From contig JAQGDQ010001296.1 in assembly GCA_030141605.1 (NCBI GenBank), forward strand, positions 1-48,966: 48,966 nucleotides of DNA. The letters are read 5' to 3'. The notes beneath the pieces were generated by a model. That model was not told the DNA's origin. It searched no databases and worked only from the letters and a program-made list of their open reading frames with translations. Below, in pieces: positions 30,232 to 44,000 of the stretch; within the stretch, counting starts at the first letter, position 1; every line of letters starts with the position of its first letter. Source of the stretch: Tubiluchus corallicola (lineage: Eukaryota; Animalia; Priapulida). A program made the translations under genes and the position numbers.

Positions 30232-32817
30232 CAGAGATTCGCGGACCCAGTAATACGTCCGCAACTCAGCGGGTTTGCAAAAGAATGGTCCGCGTTTGAC
30301 AGAGTTTCGCGGACCGTATGAAATCGTTAGATCCGCGCGCTCCGCTCACTGCAAATATAGTATAGCAATAAATGATTATGTCAAGCCTAAACTTTACGTC
30401 CTATCACGAAGCCAAGTTAGCGAGGCAACAAAAACACAGTTTAATTCTCTCGTCTTTTAAATAATCTAGGTGAAGTCTGACTGGCTAGGTTTCGTAAATT
30501 ATTACTAGCACTACAAATTATTTTAAGCCAATTAAAATTAAAAATAATTATGATAAACACAAGGAATTAAAGTTGACCTACTGAAGTCGAAAACTGTGAT
30601 TTGTATTTTACAGATTTATGGGATTTATGTGGGCAGTAAATAAATGTCTGTTTACTAAAGATGAGTAATTATATTATTATGTAACTCAAGCATCAATCAT
30701 CACATCGTGTCACCGTCATCACTTCAACGTCATTGTCGTTAATATCTGATGATGAGCTGAAGGGCATCACTTTTCTAACTCTATGAACATCATTGTAATC
30801 ATCACGAACATCTTTGTAATCACCACGCACAGGAGGAGTAGCAGTACATATAGTCTTTATTAATTGTTTTCTCAGCATCATTTTGCCAAAACAATGACCA
30901 TCAACATCATCACCAATATCATCGTCAGCAACACCACTCAGCATAATGATCATAAGTTCACTGTCACTGCCACCACTAAAATTTAAAAACGAATGCCAAT
31001 AGCACTATAAACAATAGACATCGGGAAGTAACTTTTACACCTGTGTCTAAGAGGGAAGGCAATGCAAAACTAAACTGAAATTTCTATCCCTATGATTTAA
31101 CAAGCAGCGAAATCGCTAAAAAACTGGCCTTTCTTACGAGTGAGTGGTCACTTATGCTTTGAGAAAGTTGTAGATAACTCACTTTGTAGAACAAGAATAA
31201 ACAACTATACTACATATTTGCACAAAACTGAAAAGCGTTTATTAGATTACATACACATAAGTAGAATGACTGCTACACTGGACACTGAGAATGAGAGTGT
31301 CCTGCACTGAACACTGAGAGTTAGACAGTGACTAGAAAGTAAATCCAGTCAGTATATATAGGTATAGGTAATTATGCAAACTTGGCATCACAAAAACCAT
31401 TACTGTAAAATAGGGAGAGATCCAGTGAATATGCATTCACTCGACCGTACAATTATACTAGGGGTGAGTTTAGCTAGTAAAATGTAAAAGGATTAGTTAA
31501 TAGATGGCAGCACCTAAAAAATATACAATTACAATTTCCACATGCTTGTTGTCTAAAAACAAGAGTCGGTCCAAATTTTGTGGACTTAAAGTGATAATCT
31601 TGTCCTCCTGTTGTTAAAAGTATGCCCACTTAAGGCTGACCACACTTTCAGACGGTGCTGACGAACAAGGACACCATCCTCCTGTTCTTAAATGTATGCT
31701 CACTTAAGGCTGACCACACTTTCAGATGGTGCTGACGAACAGAGACACCATCCTCCTGTTCTTAAATGTATGCCCACGTAAGGCTGACCACACTTTCAGA
31801 TGGTGCTGACGAACAGAGACACCAATATCAGTTCTTCAACACGCTACAGATTTTTCCAGAATAAGAAAATGATGAATCTTCCTTCTTTTGTATACCGCTG
31901 AACAATCCTGTCAGCCATTTTAAAATTAAAAGTAATTCATCACTTCATCCTATCATTCAACTTCATCTAGTCACTATATATATATAGTGTATATATACAT
32001 ATATATATATGTATGTGTGTATATATATATATATATATACATATATGTTTATTGACTGATTAAGAGATGGTCGAACATGATACTTTAGTTCAGTCCATAG
32101 TTCACTACAAAAAAGGACTTTTGATCATATAACATGATCATTTCTGTCAAAAAATAACTGATGAATTATTTGTAAATTCTCACTACACACTTATTATCGC
32201 CTAATATGATCATTACTGTCCAAAAACAGCTCAAGGGTTATTTACAAACTCACAATATGACTTTGGGTTTCCATTGAAAAATTCATGCAAATCGTTGAAG
32301 CTCAGTTCAGTGTTATCTTCACGTGGACAAAAAACTCCTAAACCTAGTCACTACACCTAAAAGTGTCAAGTGGTTACACATTCACATTCAAGCTCGCAGT
32401 ATAAGAATTGGTCATTCCTTTATCAAATTTTACTAATTCCAAGTCATTCCAACCCAGCTGATTAATGTACTACTCATTCAGTTGTCTAGCATAGCAGCAT
32501 GATTGCGCGCGAAAGCAGGGAAATCACACCCAACTAGCTGTGGATGAAACAAGAACTCTTTGGTAACATCAACAGCCGAAACTGCTAGTCATTATCAGTC
32601 ACTAAACAATAAAATATGCCCCATTATTAGAAAAAAGCTAAAAAGTAATTGGACATTACAGGCGTTACATTAATCGCTATTGGGTAAGTGAACAATAGTT
32701 AAGAAATTACTTAGTTCTGCAGCTCCGCAAGCCGCAAATAGTTTGTGTTCGCAAATCCGCAGATCCGCAAAAAATCTTCGTGTCCGCGATCAGCATTCCG
32801 CCAATTACGCACCTCTG
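30232..32817. mobile_element. About 2.6 kb non-autonomous hAT-like element; its right part is duplicated at about 35330-36611
   Basis: Ends cagag.../...ctctg, 8 bp TSD gtgtttga / gtgtttgg, clustered tccgc/gcgga subterminal motifs at both ends. Confidence 0.6.
31160..31542 (-). mobile_element. Solo LTR with 5 bp TSD (BEL/Pao- or Copia-like)
   Basis: tgctt|TGagaaag...tttccaCA|tgctt; the duplicate copy has the empty site cttatgcttgttg at about 35853-35865. Confidence 0.8.
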
Positions 32818-33098
32818 GTGTTTGGATAATTGAAACTTTCTGCTTTAGCCGATTTCACTCAAGCGATACTTTACATTTTTACAGTCTAAACGCTGCAGTT
32901 ACTGAAAGCTTTCGTCAAAAATCGATTTGGTAACATTTGGTAATCGATTTTTCATTGAGCTGAGTTGTGTGAAGGATAGATTACTATTATTATTATTATT
33001 ATTCTTTATTTTTAAAAACTATATACAGAATACATTCCCTCTATTTGTAGGGACATATTTAAAATTTCTAAGAGCATTTACAACGTATTAAAACTATT

Positions 33099-33137
<39 letters not shown>

Positions 33138-34824
33138 CATATATATAATATCGCATGAGACACATTGAACGACAACGATCATATACAATAGACATAGTTA
33201 CAAATTATAGTCCAACACTACATACATACATAATAAAAGATAACGAATATATTTTATTACTTAGTAACAAAAACAAATTTACACACATTATACACAATGA
33301 AAAACAGCGAGTACAATTATAAAAAACGTAATTACCAATTCTAATGTAAATTCACATAATCATAAATAAAAACAAAACAGCATATGGAAAATACGACGAG
33401 AGTTGTAAAGGATAGAAGGATAGAATCCTACAAAAAATATGAAATCTAACACAATCGTTGCATTAACAAATAACAAACTAAATAAAATAACAAATAACAA
33501 ACTAATAATCTCGGTGTTGAGTCTGGATAGTAGAAATTTTCTACTGCAAACACTGCAGTCACTGAAAAACTTTTTTAACAATTCATTCCTCGAAAAACGA
33601 TTTTTAATTTGTCTAAAGCAAGCAGTATTTCTTTAATTTCCAGATTTCAACACGGCTTTTTGGCATTGGTAATCAAACGCTATGCCACTGCATTGTGTTT
33701 GTCAGTGTCATCTAAAGTCATGTGGAATTTGACCCTAATTTCTTCTAAAGTAGTTGTTTTGTTCAGTTTGTCTGTCTGCCTGTTGTAACTAAAATAAAAA
33801 TGATGAACACTTTGATACAGGCAGGTTGATTTCTTTATTGTCAAAAAAATGAAGAAGTGAAGCCGGTGTAGAGGGGGGTAGGTTTCAACATAAATTGCAG
33901 TCTGAAATAAAAGTAAAAGCAACATTTAGGGAAGTTTAACTTAATAATTCACTTAAGTTTAACACTCTATAACAAAAATTAAAGCACTAACCTCTCAGTT
34001 TAGCAAATCAGAAAAAACCACAAAAATATAATTTAAAGCAACATACCTTGACAAACTACATTATGAAATTCACCAATTACATTATTCACTAGCAGACTAT
34101 GAGACCTGAACTGCTACTGACCAACATACAATAGCCAGGACTCCTGTTACAGCTCATTAACTTTAGTTGAAACCCAGTAAATGGTATGTAAATAGATTGT
34201 ACAGTAAACAGTTTAAGAAATAGGTAAAATAATTTTACAACCAAAAGATGGCAGCACCTCCCTAAAATACCACAAATTTCTGTTAAATCTAAGTCTTAAA
34301 AAACATTCATTATGACTCAACTGCATTACAAAAAATATATCATCAAATTGTTTCCTAAACAATAAAGTTGTAAATAGGGAAGGTGTCTTCGCATCCCTGT
34401 GTAGTTAAGACGACCGTTATTAACTTAAAATCTTAACTAGTTATAACTAGTTGATAATTAGTGTGAATCCGGTACTGCCACATGTTCAGCATCAATGGTG
34501 GATACCATTGTGGACTACTGGATCCTAGCTTGCAAATTTGATAAGTGATTCATGGCGAGAAGACCAGAGAGGTAAATTTAACATCAATGTTCCTAATGAG
34601 AATATAGGCAGACGAAGAGAAGGTATCACCTTGGATGAGGTTTAAGAGTACAGGTCCCCAAGAGAAGCAAGGGAGTGCAGCTTGCAAACATGGCTTCACA
34701 TTGATCTTTGTTTTAAATAAACTATCCACATAAATGATAAAATATTTCCGGTATAATTCCTAATGAAAATTCGTCGCATGAGAAGTGTAAACCTTCCCGT
34801 CCTGATGTTATTAATGTTTTTCAG

Positions 34825-35154
34825 GTAATCAAAGCAACACGAGTTTTGTAGAAAAGCCAACAAAAGATGCGATCTTTAGTAGGCGTTTCTGCATGAGGGT
34901 TCCATACAAGAAGCTAAAATGGGTGTGGTCGGGAGGAAGTGTTGACCTCACGCCATCAGAAGAGTCTCCCGAACAGCGTTTCAGTGGTAGCGTTGTTTCA
35001 ATACCAAGGAGAGGTTCAGTAAAATGCTACAATGCATCACTTACAATTGGCAATGCAGTCAAGTCTGATTCTGGAGTCTATACAGTAGTGGCAGAAACTT
35101 ATAGAAAACGGATCTATAGATTTCCCACCAAAGTGGTAATTGATGTCAGCACAG
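34825..35154 (+). CDS. Gene B Ig-like domain exon, copy 1 (330 nt, phase 1-1)
   Basis: ttttcag| (G)NQSNTSFVEKPTKDAIFSRRFCMRVPYKKLKWVW...RFSGS...ASLTIGNAVKSDSGVYTV...KVVIDVST |gtacag; C, W, RFSGS, SLTI and DSGVY Ig motifs. Confidence 0.85.
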
Positions 35155-37574
35155 GTACAGTGAAAAACAATATCTCTTGAAAGTATATCCAGTAGTTCTT
35201 TGTTGTAGCAGTTGCTTTAAGAAGTTGCACTGTTGCCACTGCATAGACTGACTTTGTTGTAACAGTTGCTTTATGAGGTTGCACTGTTGCAACTCTGGAG
35301 ACTGAATTTGTTGTAACATTTCACTACAATGTCATTGTCGTTAATATCTGATGATGAACTGAAGGGCATCACTTTTCTAACTCTAGGAACATCATTGTAA
35401 TCACCACGCACAGGAGTAGCAGTAGCTACATGTAGTCTTTATTAATTGTTTTCTCAGCATCATTTTGCAAAAACAATGACCATCAACATTACCACCAACA
35501 TCATCGTCATCAACACCACTCAGCATGATCATCTTAAGTTCACTGTCACTGCCACCACTACAATTTAAAAGCGCATGCCAATAGCACTGTAAACAATAGA
35601 CATCAATATCATCACCAACACCATCGTCATCAACACCACTCAGCATGATCATCATAAGTTCACTGTCACTGCCACCACTATAATTTAAAAACGAATGCCA
35701 ATAGCACTATAAACAACAGACATCGGGAAGAAACTTTTACACCTGTGTCTAAGAGGGTAGGCAATGAAAAACTAAACTGAAATTTCTATACCTCTGATTT
35801 AGCAAACAGTCAAATCGCTAAATAAACTGGCCTTTCTTACAAGTGAGTGGTCACTTATGCTTGTTGTTTAAAAACAAGAGTCGGTCCAAATTTTGTGGAC
35901 TTTAAGTGATAATCTTGTACTCCTGTTGTTAAATGTATGCCCACTTAAGGCTGACCACACTTTCAGATGGGGCTGACGAACAGGGAGAAAAAAATATCAG
36001 TTCTTCAACACGCTGTAGATTTTTCCAGAATAAGAAAATGATGAATCTTCCTTCTTTAGTACACCGCTGAACAATCATGTCAGCCATATTTACATTAAAA
36101 GTAATTCATCACTTCATCCTATCATTCAATTTCATCTAGTCACTACACCTAAAAGTGACTAGATGGCTACACATTCGCATTCAAGCTCTCGGTAAAAGAA
36201 TTGGTCATTCCTTTATCAAATTTTACTAACTTCATGTCATTCCAACCAGCCGATTAATGTACTACTCATTCAGTTGTCTAGCATAGCAGCAAGATTGCGC
36301 GAGAAAGCAGGGAAAACACCCCCGTACTAGCTGTGGATAAAACAAGATCTCTTTGGTAACATCAACAGTCGAAACTGTTAGTCATTATCAGTCACTAAAC
36401 AATAAAATATACCCCATTATTAGAAAAAAGCTAAAAAGTAATTGGACATTACACGCGTTACGTATCTCGCTATTGGGTAAGTGAACAATAGTTAAGAAAT
36501 TACTTAGTTCTGCAGCTCCGCAAGCCGCAAATAGTTTGTGTTCGCAAATCCGCAGATCCGCAAAAAAATCTTCGGGTCCGCGATCCGCATTCCGCCAATT
36601 ACGCACCTCTGGTGTTTGGATAATTGAAATTTTCTGCTTTAGCCGATTTCACACAAGCGATACTTTAAATTTTTACAGTCTAAACGCTGCAGTTACTGAA
36701 AGCTTTTCAATTTATTCGTCAAAAATCGATTTGGTAACATTTGGTAATCGATTTTGGTAATCGTTTTTCATAGAGCTGAGTTTTGGGAAGGATAGATTAT
36801 TATTATTAGCATTATAATTCCTTATTTTAAAAACTATATACAGAATACATTCCCTCTATTTGTAGGGATATGTTTAAAATTTCCAAAAGCATTTACAACG
36901 CATTAAACCTATTCACACACACATATATATATATCTAATTTAAAATCCAACGTATGAGACACATTGAAAGACAAAGATGATATGCAATAGACATAGTTAC
37001 AAATTATATTCCAACACTACATACATACATAATAAAAGATAACGAACATATTTTATTACTTAGTAACAAACATTTACACACATTACACACAATGAAAAGC
37101 AGCGAGTACAATTATAATAAACATAATTACCAATTCTAATGAAAAATTCACATAATCATAAATAAAAACAAAACAGCATATAGAAAATACGACGAGAGTT
37201 GTAAAGGATAGAAGGATAGAATCCTACAAAAAATATGGAATCTAACGCAATCGTTGCATTAACAAATAACAAACTAAATAAAATAACAAATCTCAGTGTT
37301 GCCTCTGGACAGTAGAAATTTTCTACTGCAAACACTGCAGTCACTGAAAAGCTTTTTTAACAATTCATTCCTCGAAAAACGATTTTTAATTTGTCTAAAG
37401 TAAGCAGTATTTCTTTAATTCTCAGATTTCAACACGGCTTTTTGGAATTGGTAATCAAACGCTATGCCACTGCATTGTGTTTTTTCAGTGTCATCTAAAG
37501 TCATGTGGAATTTGACCCTAATTTCTTCTAAAGTTGTAAATAGGGAAGGTGTCTTCGCATCCCTGTGTAGTTAA

Positions 37575-38038
37575 CCCCTTCATACCCGTTGTATCCCGTG
37601 GGATACGAGAATATTATCTGCCTTCAAAATTAAAAAAATCTTAAAACTGACAGTTATTTGATCTGTTAATAGTTATTTTGATTTAAGCCAATAACAATAG
37701 ACTAAAATGGTGATAAAATGGCAAACTAGAAAATCTACATAGCATAAAAAAACTGTGCAAGGTACAGTACTTTAGAGACCGCTTTGTACAGATCAGCATA
37801 GTATGCATACTAAATGTGTTAAATACTTTAAAAAAATTATCAGCAGTTGCAAAATGAAGCACATTTTATTTTTATACTTCCATTGAATCCCAATGTATCC
37901 CGTGGGATACAGGCTATATTTAGCATGCGGGCACAAGTAGAAAAAATAATTATTATGTGTAAAGAAGATGGACATACTGAACAAAAGTGCCAAGCCAATT
38001 TTTTTTCTTATTAAAAAAATAATTTGGGACTGAAAGGG
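37575..38038 (+). mobile_element. piggyBac-like MITE, copy 2
   Basis: TTAA|ccccttca...tgaaaggg|TTAA; single TTAA empty site at 34405-34408 in duplication copy 1. Confidence 0.92.
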
Positions 38039-38415
38039 TTAAGATGATCGTTATTAACTTAAAATCCTAACTAGTTATAACTAGTAGATAATCCGGTACT
38101 GCCACATGTTGAGCATCAAAAGTGGATACTATTGTGGACAACTGGATCCTAGCTTGAAAATTTGATAAGTGATTCATGGAGAGAAGAACAGAGAGGAAAA
38201 TTTAACAACAATGTTCCTAATGAGAATATTGGCAGAGGAAGAGAAGGTATCATCTTGGATGAGGTTTAAGAGTGCAGGTCCGCAAGAGAAGCAAGGGAGT
38301 GCAGCTTGCAAACATTTCACATAAATTATAAAATATTTCTTGTACAATTCCTCACGAAAATTCATCGCATGAGAAGAGGAAACCTTCCCGTCCTGATGTT
38401 ATTAATGTTTTTCAG

Positions 38416-38745
38416 GTAATCAAAGCAACACGAGTTTTGTAGAAAAGCCAACAAAAGATGCTATCTTTAGTAGGCGTTTCTGCATGAGGGTTCCGTACAA
38501 GAAGCTAAAATGGGTGTGGTCGGGAGGAAGTGTTGACCTCACGCCATCAGAAGAGTCTCCCGATCAGAGGTTCAGTGGTAGCGTTGTTTCAATACCAAGG
38601 AGAGGTTCAGTAAAATGCTACAATGCATCACTTACCATTGGCAATGCAGTCAAGTCTGACTCTGGAGTCTATACAGTAGTGGCAGAAACTTATAGAAAAC
38701 GGATCTATAGATTTCCCACCAAAGTGGTAATTGATGTCAGCACAG
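38416..38745 (+). CDS. Gene B Ig-like domain exon, copy 2 (330 nt, phase 1-1)
   Basis: Same splice sites as copy 1; one amino acid difference (E to D). Confidence 0.85.
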
Positions 38746-38787
38746 GTACAGTGAAAAACAATATCTCTTGAAAGTATATCCAGTAGT

Positions 38788-40198
38788 TCTTTGTTGTAAC
38801 AGTTGCTTTAAGAGGTTGCACTGTTGCAACTGCGTAGAGTGACTTTGCTGTAACAGTTGCTTTAAGAGGTTGCACTGTTGCAACTCTTAAAACTGACTTA
38901 GTTGTAGCAGTTGCTTTAAGAGGTTGCGCTGTTGCAACTCTTGAGACTGACTTTGTTGTAGCAGTTGCTTTAAGAGGTTGCGCTGTTGCAACTGTGGAGA
39001 CTGACTTTGTTGTAGCAGTTGCTTTAAGAGGTTGCACTGTTGCAACTGCGTAGAGTGACTTTGCTGTAACAGTTGCTTTAAGAGGTTGCACTGTTGCAAC
39101 TCTTAAAACTGACTTAGTTGTAGCAGTTGCTTGAAGAGGTTGCGCTGTTGCAACTCTTGAGACTGATTTTGTTGTAGCAGTTGCTTTAAGAGGTTGTGCT
39201 GTTGCAACTCTTGAGACTGACTTTGTTGTAGCAGTTGCTTTAAGAGGTTGCACTGTTGCAACCCTTGAGACTGACTTTGTTGTAGCAGTTGATTTAAGAG
39301 GTTGCGCTGTTGCAACTGTGGAGACTGACTTTGTTGTAGGAGTTGCTTTAAGAGGTTGCGTTGTTGCAACTGTGGAGACTTACTTTGTTGTAGCAGTTGC
39401 TTTAAGAGGTTGCGCTGTTGCAACTGTGGAGACTGACTTTGTTGTAGCAGTTGCTTTAAGATGTTGCGCTGTTGCAACTGTGGAGACTGACTTTGTTTTA
39501 ACAGTTATTTTAAGAGGTTGCGCTGTTGCAACTGTGGAGACTGACTTTGTTGTAGCAGTTGCTTTAAGATGTTGCGCTGTTGCAACTGTGGAGACTGATT
39601 TTGTTGTAGCAGTTGCTTTAAGAGGTTGTGCTGTTGCAACTCTTGAGACTGACTTTGTTTTAACAGTTATTTTAAGAGGTTGCGCTGTTGCAACCCTTGA
39701 GACTGACTTTGTTTTAACAGTTATTTTAAGAGGTTGTGCTGTTGCAACTGTGGAGACTGACTTTGTTGTAGCAGTTGCTTTAAGAGGTTGCGTTGTTGCA
39801 ACTGTGGAGACTGACATTGTTGTAGCAGTTGCTTTAAGAGGTTGTGCTGTTGCAACTCTTGAGACTGACTTTGTTGTAGCAGTTGCTTTAAGAGGTTGCG
39901 TTGTTGCAACTGTGGAGACTGACTTTGTTGTAGCAGTTGCTTTAAGAGGTTGCGCTGTTGCAACTGTGGAGACTGACATTGTTGTAGCAGTTGCTTTAAG
40001 AGGTTGTGCTGTTGCAACTCTTGAGACTGACTTTGTTGTAGCAGTTGCTTTAAGAGGTTGCGTTGTTGCAACTGTGGAGACTGACTTTGTTGTAGCAGTT
40101 GCTTTAAGAGGTTGCGCTGTTGCAACTGTGGAGACTGACTTTGTTGCAGCAATTGCTTTAAGAGGTTGCACTGTTGCAACTGTGGAGACTGACTTTGT
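38788..40198. repeat. 45 bp tandem array, about 31 copies (short version at about 35197-35318)
   Basis: Unit gactttgttgtagcagttgctttaagaggttgcgctgttgcaactgtggagact-like, starting about 40 bp after the Ig exon donor. Confidence 0.95.
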
Positions 40199-40282
40199 CA
40201 CTTATGCCTGCTCTCCTCCTTAATACATACCAACTGTGGTACAATAATATTAATAAAAATAATAATTAATAATAAGGATGAC

Positions 40283-40318
<36 letters not shown>

Positions 40319-40486
40319 AAGAAGAAGAAGAAGATGAAGAAGAAGGAACTGAAAAAGAAAAGCAAGAATAGTAAAATAATAATAATCCCATTCTCCCTCT
40401 CTAACTCCCTTCTGCTGCTCCCTCTCTCTCTCTTTTTCTCTCCCACTCTCTCCTTTTCTCTCGCTCTCTCTCTTTTGTTTTCTTTC

Positions 40487-40595
<109 letters not shown>

Positions 40596-40709
40596 CTCTC
40601 TCTCTCTTTCTGTATCTTTCAAATTTAAATGTATGGGTCTGTGCTTGCTTGTGAATGCATGGCATCATGTCCATCCACTGGTGTGTTTTTTGTGTTTTGA
40701 GCACGTTCT

Positions 40710-40749
<40 letters not shown>

Positions 40750-40963
40750 TATCTTTCAAATTTAAGTGTGTGTCTGTGCTTGCTTGTGAATGCATGGCAT
40801 CATGTCCATCCACTAGGGTGTTGTTTGTGTTTTTGAGCACGTTCTCGATGTTTTCAATCCATTTGCGTGAACTTCATTCCATTTTATCGTTCGCTAAATT
40901 TCGTCTCAGAATTGCAGTATGGGAAATCTTCTCTGTAGACATTATATAAGTGTTTGTGTGTAG

Positions 40964-41082
40964 ATCAGCCGAAGACGAATGAAGAACAACAACAAGCACC
41001 ACCAAGAAATGGAACTAGAGGAGCTGGAATGAGAGGCATTGTGGGAGGTACAAAATCTTCTGAGGGAGAATTTCCCTATCAG
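40964..41082 (+). CDS. Gene B linker and activation-site exon
   Basis: tgtgtgtag| (D)QPKTNEEQQQAPPRNGTRGAGMRG-IVGGTKSSEGEFPYQ |gtatct; phase 1 to 0. Confidence 0.9.
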
Positions 41083-44000
41083 GTATCTGTGTTGAGAGTA
41101 CTAGGTATCTGTGTTGAGAGTACTGGGTATCTGTGTTGAGAGTACTAGGTATCTGTGTTGAGAGTACTAGGTGTCTGTGTTGAGGGTACTAGGTATCTGT
41201 GCTGAGTGTACTAGGTATCTGTGCTGAGTGTACTAGGTATTTGTGTTGAGAGTACTAGGTATCTGTGTTGAGGGTACTAGGTATCTGTGTTGAGTGTACT
41301 AGGTATCTGTGCTGAGGGTACTAGGTATCAATGTTGAATGTACTAGGTATCTGTGTTGAGTGTACTAGGTATCTGTGTTGAGTGTACTAGGTATCTGTGT
41401 TGAGTGTACTAGGTATCTGTGTTGAGTGTACTAGGTATCTATGTTGAGTGTACTAGGTATCTGTGATGAGTGTACTAGGTATCTGTGTTGAGGGTACTAG
41501 GTATCTGTGTTGAGTGTACTAGGTATCTGTGTTGAGTGGACTAGGTATATGTGTTGAGAGTACTAGGTATCTGTGCTAAGTGTGCTAGGTACCTGAGCTA
41601 AGAATACTAGGTATTTGTGCTAAGTGTACTAGGTATCTGTGTTGAGGGTACTAGGTATCTGTGATGAGTGTACTAGGTATCTGTGTTGAGGGTACTAGGT
41701 ATCTGTGTTGAGTGTACTAGGTATCTGTGTTGAGTGTACTAGGTATATGTGTTGAGAGTACTAGGTATCTGTGCTAAGTGTGCTAGGTACCTGAGCTAAG
41801 AATACTAGGTATTTGTGCTAAGTGTACTAGGTATCTGTGTTGAGGGTACTAGGTATCTATGTTGAGGGTACTAGGTATCTGTGCTAAAAGTACTAGGTAT
41901 CTGTGCTAAGTGTGCTAGGTACCTGAGCTAAGAATACTAGGTATCTGTGCTAAGCGTACTAGGTACCTGAGCTAAGAGTACTAGGTACCTGAGCTAAGAG
42001 TACTAGGTATCTGAGCTAAGAGTACTAGGTATCTGAGTTACGAGTACTAGGTACCTGAGCTAAGAGTACTAGGTATTTGTGCTAAGAGTACTAGGTATCT
42101 GAGTTAAGAGTACTAGGTACCTGAGTTAAGAGGACTAGGTATCTGTGCTAAGTGTGCTAGGTACCTGAGCTAAGAATACTAGGTATCTGTGCTAAGCGTA
42201 CTAGGTACCTGAGCTAAGAGTACTAGGTACCTGAGCTAAGAGTACTAGGTATCTGAGCTAAGAGTACTAGGTATCTGAGTTACGAGTACTAGGTACCTGA
42301 GCTAAGAGTACTAGGTATTTGTGCTAAGAGTACTAGGTATCTGAGTTAAGAGTACTAGGTACCTGAGTTAAGAGTACTAGGTATCTGTGCTAAGTGTGCT
42401 AGGTACCTGAGCTAAGAATACTAGGTATCTGTGCTAAGCGTACTAGGTACCTGAGCTAAGAGTACTAGGTACCTGAGCTAAGAGTACTAGGTATCTGAGC
42501 TAAGAGTACTAGGTATCTGTGTTGAGTGTACTAGGTATCTGTGTTAAGAGTACTAGGTATTTGTGCTAAGAGTACTAGGTATCTGAGCTAAGAGTACTAG
42601 GTACCTGAGCTAAGAGTACTAGGTATTTGTGCTAAGTGTACTAGGCATCTGAGCTAAGAGTACTAGGTATCTGTGTTGAGGGTACTAAGTATCTATGTTG
42701 AGGGTACTAGGTATCTGTGCTAAAAGTACTAGTTATCTGTGCTAAGTGTGCTAGGTACCTGAGCTAAGAATACTAGGTATCTGTGCTAAGCGTACTAGGT
42801 ACCTGAGCTAAGAGTACTAGGTACCTGAGCTAAGAGTACTAGGTATCTGAGCTAAGAGTACTAGGTATTTGCGCTAAGTGTACTAGGTATCTGAGCTAAC
42901 AGTACTAGGTACCTGAGCTAAGAGTACTAGGTATCTGAGCTAAGAGTACTAGGTATTTGCGCTAAGTGTACTAGGTACCTGAGTTAAGAGTACTAGGTAC
43001 CTGAGTTAAGAGTACTAGGTACCTGAGTTAAGAGTACTAGGTACCTGAGCTAAGAGTACTAGGTATCTGAGCTAAGAGTACTAGGTACCTGAGCTAAGAG
43101 TACTAGGTATTTGTGCTAAGAGTACTAGGTACCTGAGCTAAGAGTACTAGGTACCTGAGCTAAGAGTACTAGGTACCTGAGCTAAGAGTACTAGGTATCT
43201 GAGCTAAGAGTACTAGGTACCTGAGCTAAGTGTACTAGGTACCTGAGCTAATAGTACTAGGTACCTGAGTTAAGTGTACTAGGTATCTGAGCTAAGAGTA
43301 CTAGGTATCTGAGCAAAGAGTACTAGGTATCTGAGCTAAGAGTACTAGGTATTTGTGCTAAGAGTACTAGGTATCTGAGTTAAGAGTACTAGGTACCTGA
43401 GTTAAGAGTACTAGGTATCTGTGCTAAGTGTGCTAGGTACCTGAGCTAAGAATACTAGGTATCTGTGCTAAGCATACTAGGTACCTGAGCTAAGAGTACT
43501 AGGTACCTGAGCTAAGAGTACTAGGTATCTGAGCTAAGAGTACTAGGTATCTGAGTTACGAGTACTAGGTACCTGAGCTAAGAGTACTAGGTATTTGTGC
43601 TAAGAGTACTAGGTATCTGAGTTAAGAGTACTAGGTACCTGAGTTAAGAGTACTAGGTATCTGTGCTAAGTGTACTAGGTATCTGTGCTAAGCGTACTAG
43701 GTACCTGAGCTAAGACTGAGCTAAGATACTAGGTACTGGCTAAGGTACTAGGTACCTGAGCTAAAGTACTAGGTACCTGAGCTAAGAGTACTAGGTATCT
43801 GAGCTAAGAGTACTAGGTATCTGAGCTAAGAGTACTAGGTACCTGAGCTAAGAGTACTAGGTATTTGTGCTAAGAGTACTAGGTATCTGAGTTAAGAGTA
43901 CTAGGTACCTGAGTTAAGAGTACTAGGTATCTGTGCTAAGTGTGCTAGGTACCTGAGCTAAGAATACTAGGTATCTGTGCTAAGCGTACTAGGTACCTGA

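Larger units (their letters stand above)
30728..38850 (+). repeat. Tandem segmental duplication: copy 1 about 30728-35320, copy 2 about 35330-38850
   Basis: gtcattgtcgttaatatctgatgatga at 30729 and 35331, colinear through both Ig exons, with several indels. Confidence 0.93.

Noticed and set aside
38705-40223. Long ORFs on both strands of the 45 bp array (mucin-like TATTKSVSTVATAQPLKA on minus, hydrophobic on plus)
   Set aside because: The unit is a multiple of 3 and stop-free in several frames, so ORFs arise automatically; the minus frame is broken by a stop at 39380, and no signal peptide or linked exons were found.
41083-41139. Read-through PYQ-VSVL resembling the usual trypsin PYQVSL
   Set aside because: It runs into the repeat and stops at 41139; the true continuation with CGG and AAHC is at 45687, and gene A has an intron at the same position.
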